A stretch of DNA of 64,000 nt, taken from sequence record ON568341.1. One strand, 5' to 3'. The notes below the pieces were generated by a model. It made no database searches. It was not told the DNA's origin and saw nothing but the letters and a program-made list of their open reading frames with translations. The position numbers were made by a program, and so were the translations under genes. Within the stretch, counting starts at the first letter, position 1. Every line of letters begins with the position of its first letter. Below, piece after piece: positions 59,298 to 64,000 of this stretch.

Positions 59298-59691
59298 ATG
59301 ACTGAATCAGAACTACACGAAATGATAGATTTCATTTATGAAATGGTGCAAGATAAAAATAACATCAATACAATTGCATCAGGCCCAAGACAAATTGGTA
59401 ACCAAATAACATATTCTTTGTCCTTATGGTTACACCCGTGCTTAAAGGTTGATTGTTTGTATTTCCGTCCTGATATTGATGCATATTATTTTGTAAATCA
59501 TGATGCATTAATGAAACCACATAATCGTCCTGTTGATGGATAACTTTGTGACGCACCCATTTTACCTGGCTGATTCTGAAGAAGATGAGTTTCAAAAGAA
59601 CACAACGTTAAGCCCTAGCGAAATTTGCATCCCTTACACACTAAAAGATAAAATGATTTACATCACAGAAGTTATGAAAACATGCTGGTAA
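59298..59691 (+). pseudogene. FQxS[TL]-motif family protein 11, split by a +1 frame change near 59515-59543
   Basis: ORF 59298..59543 stops at TAA; the +1 frame carries the family motif DSEEDEFQKNTT and ends at 59691. Confidence 0.55.
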
Positions 59692-59738
59692 GTGCAATGA
59701 AACTCTGATATAATACTATGACTTACTAAGGAGAACAT

Positions 59739-60308
59739 ATGAACTTTATTAAATTCAACACATCTGAGTCAGAAGCATACTTTAATACAAATAATAAATT
59801 TAATATTATTCTTAAAGACGGAACGGTTGTTATCGGAGTATCATTGCTTTCATTTGATGGCGAAAAACTCAATACTGTTTATAAATTCACCAATCTTGAT
59901 GGTGATTACTGGGATACATCAGATGTATCTAAAATTTGCACACATTATGTATTTGAATCTATTGAAGTTGGTGATGGCTGGGCATTGACCTGTAATGGTA
60001 ATAAAGTATTTTCTGGTAACATATTTGGGGTAATTTCCAGTAAAGAAATCGTAGACCATCATCTTCATGTTCTCAATAATAACGCCAACACTTATACACC
60101 TGATAATATCAAAATTCACGATATTGTAACATATACTGATTATAATGGTTTCAGACATAAAGCAATCGTAACTGAAGTTAAAAAACCAAAAAATTATTTC
60201 GACCACGGTTTAATTGAAGTATATATGGTAGGTGGCGAAAAACAATACTTTGATCATTTCACTTATACTGGTTGGGATAGATTCCTAACCGTTATTGAGG
60301 AATACTAA
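59739..60308 (+). CDS. hypothetical protein
   Basis: 189 aa, AAGGAG RBS. Confidence 0.7.
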   Translation: MNFIKFNTSESEAYFNTNNKFNIILKDGTVVIGVSLLSFDGEKLNTVYKFTNLDGDYWDTSDVSKICTHYVFESIEVGDGWALTCNGNKVFSGNIFGVISSKEIVDHHLHVLNNNANTYTPDNIKIHDIVTYTDYNGFRHKAIVTEVKKPKNYFDHGLIEVYMVGGEKQYFDHFTYTGWDRFLTVIEEY

Positions 60309-60309
60309 C

Positions 60310-60798
60310 ATGCCGATTCGTGGTGTACCAGAACCATTAATGGAAGTTATTAAGCATGTTCGCATTGGAGATCGAGAAGTTAATCTTCGCCGTAATAACA
60401 TTTATTACTTTAAAACTTCAGAAATGAGTTCTGTACAGATTGTCATTGGTACATCTATTAAGATTACTCGTGTACTTGATGGTAGTACTGACTTCGTTGA
60501 ATATAATGTACTTACTAATAAAGTAACGCATATATATAAATGGAGTGGGTATAAAACTATTAAGTATGAATTTGACTTAGCTAGAACTGAAGAAGAACGA
60601 TTTATGCTGAGTACTATCAATCCAGCAAACTATCCCGATCTTGATGCATTTTTGCTAATTTTAAAATTGTATAATGAAGCAAATCAGAAAGCTAAAGAGT
60701 ATGATAGAATCATGTATGAACGCCGAAAAGAACGTGCACAAAAAAGTTATGATCTGTATGATAGCCCATACGTGAAATATACTAAGGGGTCGAAATGA
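60310..60798 (+). CDS. FQxS[TL]-motif family protein 12
   Basis: TEEERFMLSTI; GAGGA RBS before ATG 60310. Confidence 0.65.
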   Translation: MPIRGVPEPLMEVIKHVRIGDREVNLRRNNIYYFKTSEMSSVQIVIGTSIKITRVLDGSTDFVEYNVLTNKVTHIYKWSGYKTIKYEFDLARTEEERFMLSTINPANYPDLDAFLLILKLYNEANQKAKEYDRIMYERRKERAQKSYDLYDSPYVKYTKGSK

Positions 60799-61199
60799 AT
60801 AAAGAAGTTCAAATTATCATAACTCCACCTATACAAAGTCTGGATGTATCCATTAGTGATTTTTTGGAAAAATACTATGAATGGTTTAATGAAGATTCAG
60901 TAATTTATAACCATTCATTACCTGATGGTTTCGTTGAGCTTATTGAATTAAATGCCAAATCACTATACTTCTGTGTTGAATACAATGATTATATGACAGA
61001 TGAAGCATATCGTTTTCGTTGTACATTGTATCCTAACCATTTTTCCATTGGTTATAAAGACTATCAGTACTGCACCACTAACTACAGTGTAGAGGAAGAA
61101 TTTCAGTACAATTTACTTTATCCAGATTTAGATTATACTATTGCAGTACTGTTATCTAAAATTATGGATTTTTATAAAGGTAAATACAGTGCAGCCTAA
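60795..61199 (+). CDS. FQxS[TL]-motif family protein 13 (diverged)
   Basis: SVEEEFQYNLL. Confidence 0.55.
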   Translation: MNKEVQIIITPPIQSLDVSISDFLEKYYEWFNEDSVIYNHSLPDGFVELIELNAKSLYFCVEYNDYMTDEAYRFRCTLYPNHFSIGYKDYQYCTTNYSVEEEFQYNLLYPDLDYTIAVLLSKIMDFYKGKYSAA

Positions 61200-61370
61200 A
61201 ACATTTGACGAGTGGTATCAAATGCATTACAATATAAATGCAGGTGATGTATACTTCTTTAAGTTGGAGTTGTTTTTATTGTTAAATGATCCCGAATCGT
61301 ACTATAACAATATCATTCACTGTGATGATTTTAGTACATATTTTAGTATAGCCGTTATGGATATTAAGAG

Positions 61371-61374
<4 letters not shown>
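61189..61374 (+). CDS. small protein, possible diverged MTHxEW-family member
   Basis: GTG 61189; KTFDEWYQ. Confidence 0.45.
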
Positions 61375-61890
<516 letters not shown>

Positions 61891-61891
61891 A

Positions 61892-62071
61892 ATGACACAC
61901 AAAGAATGGATGTCCAAACAACATAAAGAACATGATTTCTTTGGGAATGGTATTCGTCAGGTACACTATGACATCTTAAGAGATGAAAATCTTTTCAGGT
62001 CATATGTTTTGGATACCAGAAAACCCTGGTTTATATGCGAACTGGCATTTAGAAAAACAATCAAACAATGA
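61892..62071 (+). CDS. MTHxEW mini-gene family member 2 (59 aa, not in track)
   Basis: MTHKEWMSKQHKEHDFFGNGIRQVHYDILRDENLFRSYVLDTRKPWFICELAFRKTIKQ. Confidence 0.7.
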   Translation: MTHKEWMSKQHKEHDFFGNGIRQVHYDILRDENLFRSYVLDTRKPWFICELAFRKTIKQ

Positions 62072-62165
62072 ATATAGAAAATTGCGTTAGTGTATCTAAA
62101 GCACTTGCATAAATGATTAATTCATTATATAATGATTATCATTGGTTCTAAATGAGGATAATATT

Positions 62166-62438
62166 ATGCATTTTGAAAAATTCAACACAAGTCGTGACAC
62201 ACGCATTGATGTTCTTTATGAAACACAAGACTCAATTAGTATTCGTACACGTAGTGGTGATGTATATCATGACTGCACTATTGGTTGGAAACAGGGAAGA
62301 ACACGTAGTGCAGAATTCGATAATTATCGCTTCTTCCAAGATGACACCACAATCTGGCCTGAAGATGTAGAAGATATTGCAATCGAAGATGAACATAAAG
62401 ATGAATTTATCAAATTTAATCCCCAAACCGAATCATAA
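62166..62438 (+). CDS. hypothetical protein
   Basis: GAGGA RBS before ATG 62166; promoter TTGCAT-17-TATAAT at 62106-34. Confidence 0.65.
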   Translation: MHFEKFNTSRDTRIDVLYETQDSISIRTRSGDVYHDCTIGWKQGRTRSAEFDNYRFFQDDTTIWPEDVEDIAIEDEHKDEFIKFNPQTES

Positions 62439-62452
62439 ATAATGGGACAGCA

Positions 62453-62571
<119 letters not shown>

Positions 62572-62575
62572 AATA

Positions 62576-62652
62576 CGGGGTATAGCACAATTGGATAGTG
62601 CAAGAGAATTCTAATCTCTAGGTTGGGGGTTCAAGTCCCTCTACCTCGGCCA
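62576..62652 (+). tRNA. tRNA-Arg(UCU)
   Basis: CGGGGTA/TACCTCG acceptor, AGAGA-ATTCTAA-TCTCT anticodon arm, TTCAAGT T loop, CCA. Confidence 0.92.
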
Positions 62653-62675
62653 ATTTTAATTAAAGGTTAAAAACC

Positions 62676-63015
<340 letters not shown>

Positions 63016-63023
63016 TTAAATAG

Positions 63024-63431
<408 letters not shown>

Positions 63432-63453
63432 ATTCAGTACCAAGGAGATTAAT

Positions 63454-63520
<67 letters not shown>

Positions 63521-63526
63521 GAATTC

Positions 63527-63870
63527 CACAATCAGACGTATATGGTGTAAGCTACGTCGATGCTATCCAGAACAAGATCTCTGGTACTCTAGGAAGTGGT
63601 GAATGTTAACCTAGACGGGTTTGATAATTGGACGATAGGCAATTATTACTTGACTAGCAGGTTGAAACTAGAGGTGACAGTCCTTCACCAAACTGGAAAA
63701 CCGGATGGACTTTTATTTAAAAGGGTAAGGCGTGGAAATATGTTTACAGTAGTTACTTTTAGTAGCCTGTACGCCCCACGTTAAGGTAGTCGAAAGGCAA
63801 GTTAAAACGGGTAGTTATAAAGCTGAATTAACAGCGGCGTTTAACAGCGTCACAAAATATACGCATGTTG
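63527..63870 (+). ncRNA. candidate structured ncRNA or long structured 5' leader (family not recognised)
   Basis: Follows a consensus promoter, has no RBS-supported ORF, is visibly GC-richer and contains at least 8 consecutive helices; ends approximate. Confidence 0.6.
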
Positions 63871-63886
63871 AATGAGAGGACTAGCC

Positions 63887-64000
63887 ATGATGTTTACTCA
63901 GGAACGATTAAACGAGATTGAGCAAGAACTCTTGAAGATTCAACATGAATTACAAGCCGTTGTTCGTCCTGTTAATTCAGATAATAACGTTTTATCAAAG
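63887..64000 (+). CDS. hypothetical protein, runs off the window end
   Basis: GAGAGGA RBS; MMFTQERLNEIEQELLKIQ... Confidence 0.6.
   Translation, partial: MMFTQERLNEIEQELLKIQHELQAVVRPVNSDNNVLSK

Noticed and set aside
62576-62652. Possible amber-suppressor reading (CTA) of the tRNA loop
   Set aside because: Only the AGAGA/TCTCT stem pairs fully, which centres TCT. The CTA register has no 5-bp stem.
63660-63700. GAGGTGACAGTCC resembles the RNase P GAGGAAAGUCC motif; tmRNA also considered
   Set aside because: No matching 3' P4 strand, and no tRNA-like acceptor/T-arm ends or CCA.

Overview
AT-rich window of a large lytic dsDNA bacteriophage. Gene content and order most resemble the RaK2/GAP32/PBECO4-type jumbo myoviruses of Gammaproteobacteria; this is my recognition, not a database result. 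Almost all genes are on the + strand. Bases 1-37.8 kb hold replication and nucleotide-metabolism genes (primase, DnaB/gp41-like helicase, PD-(D/E)XK exonuclease, nrdA, nrdB, MazG-like protein, DHFR, RNase HI, Dda-like helicase, two-subunit type II topoisomerase, clamp loader, HAD nucleotidase), host-like factors (IF3, ClpS-like, GroES-like, a DnaE fragment), probable virion and internal-head proteins, a free-standing homing endonuclease and a minus-strand pair of holin-like genes. Bases 37.8-64 kb are an accessory region driven by consensus sigma70 promoters. It contains TelA-like, LemA-like and NADAR-like genes, an intein-containing C5 DNA methyltransferase and three tRNAs (Gly-UCC, Ser-UGA, Arg-UCU). 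Highlights not explained by standard annotation: a 14-member diverged gene family sharing an EE-x-FQ-x-S[TL] motif, a family of unannotated 54-61 aa MTHxEW mini-genes among the tRNAs, an unannotated 55-aa Hfq/Sm-like ORF, a roughly 340-nt densely structured candidate ncRNA with its own promoter, four single-base frame breaks (two in the holin-like pair), strong enrichment of the palindrome AGTACT, and a TGAGAC-type promoter class in front of replication genes.
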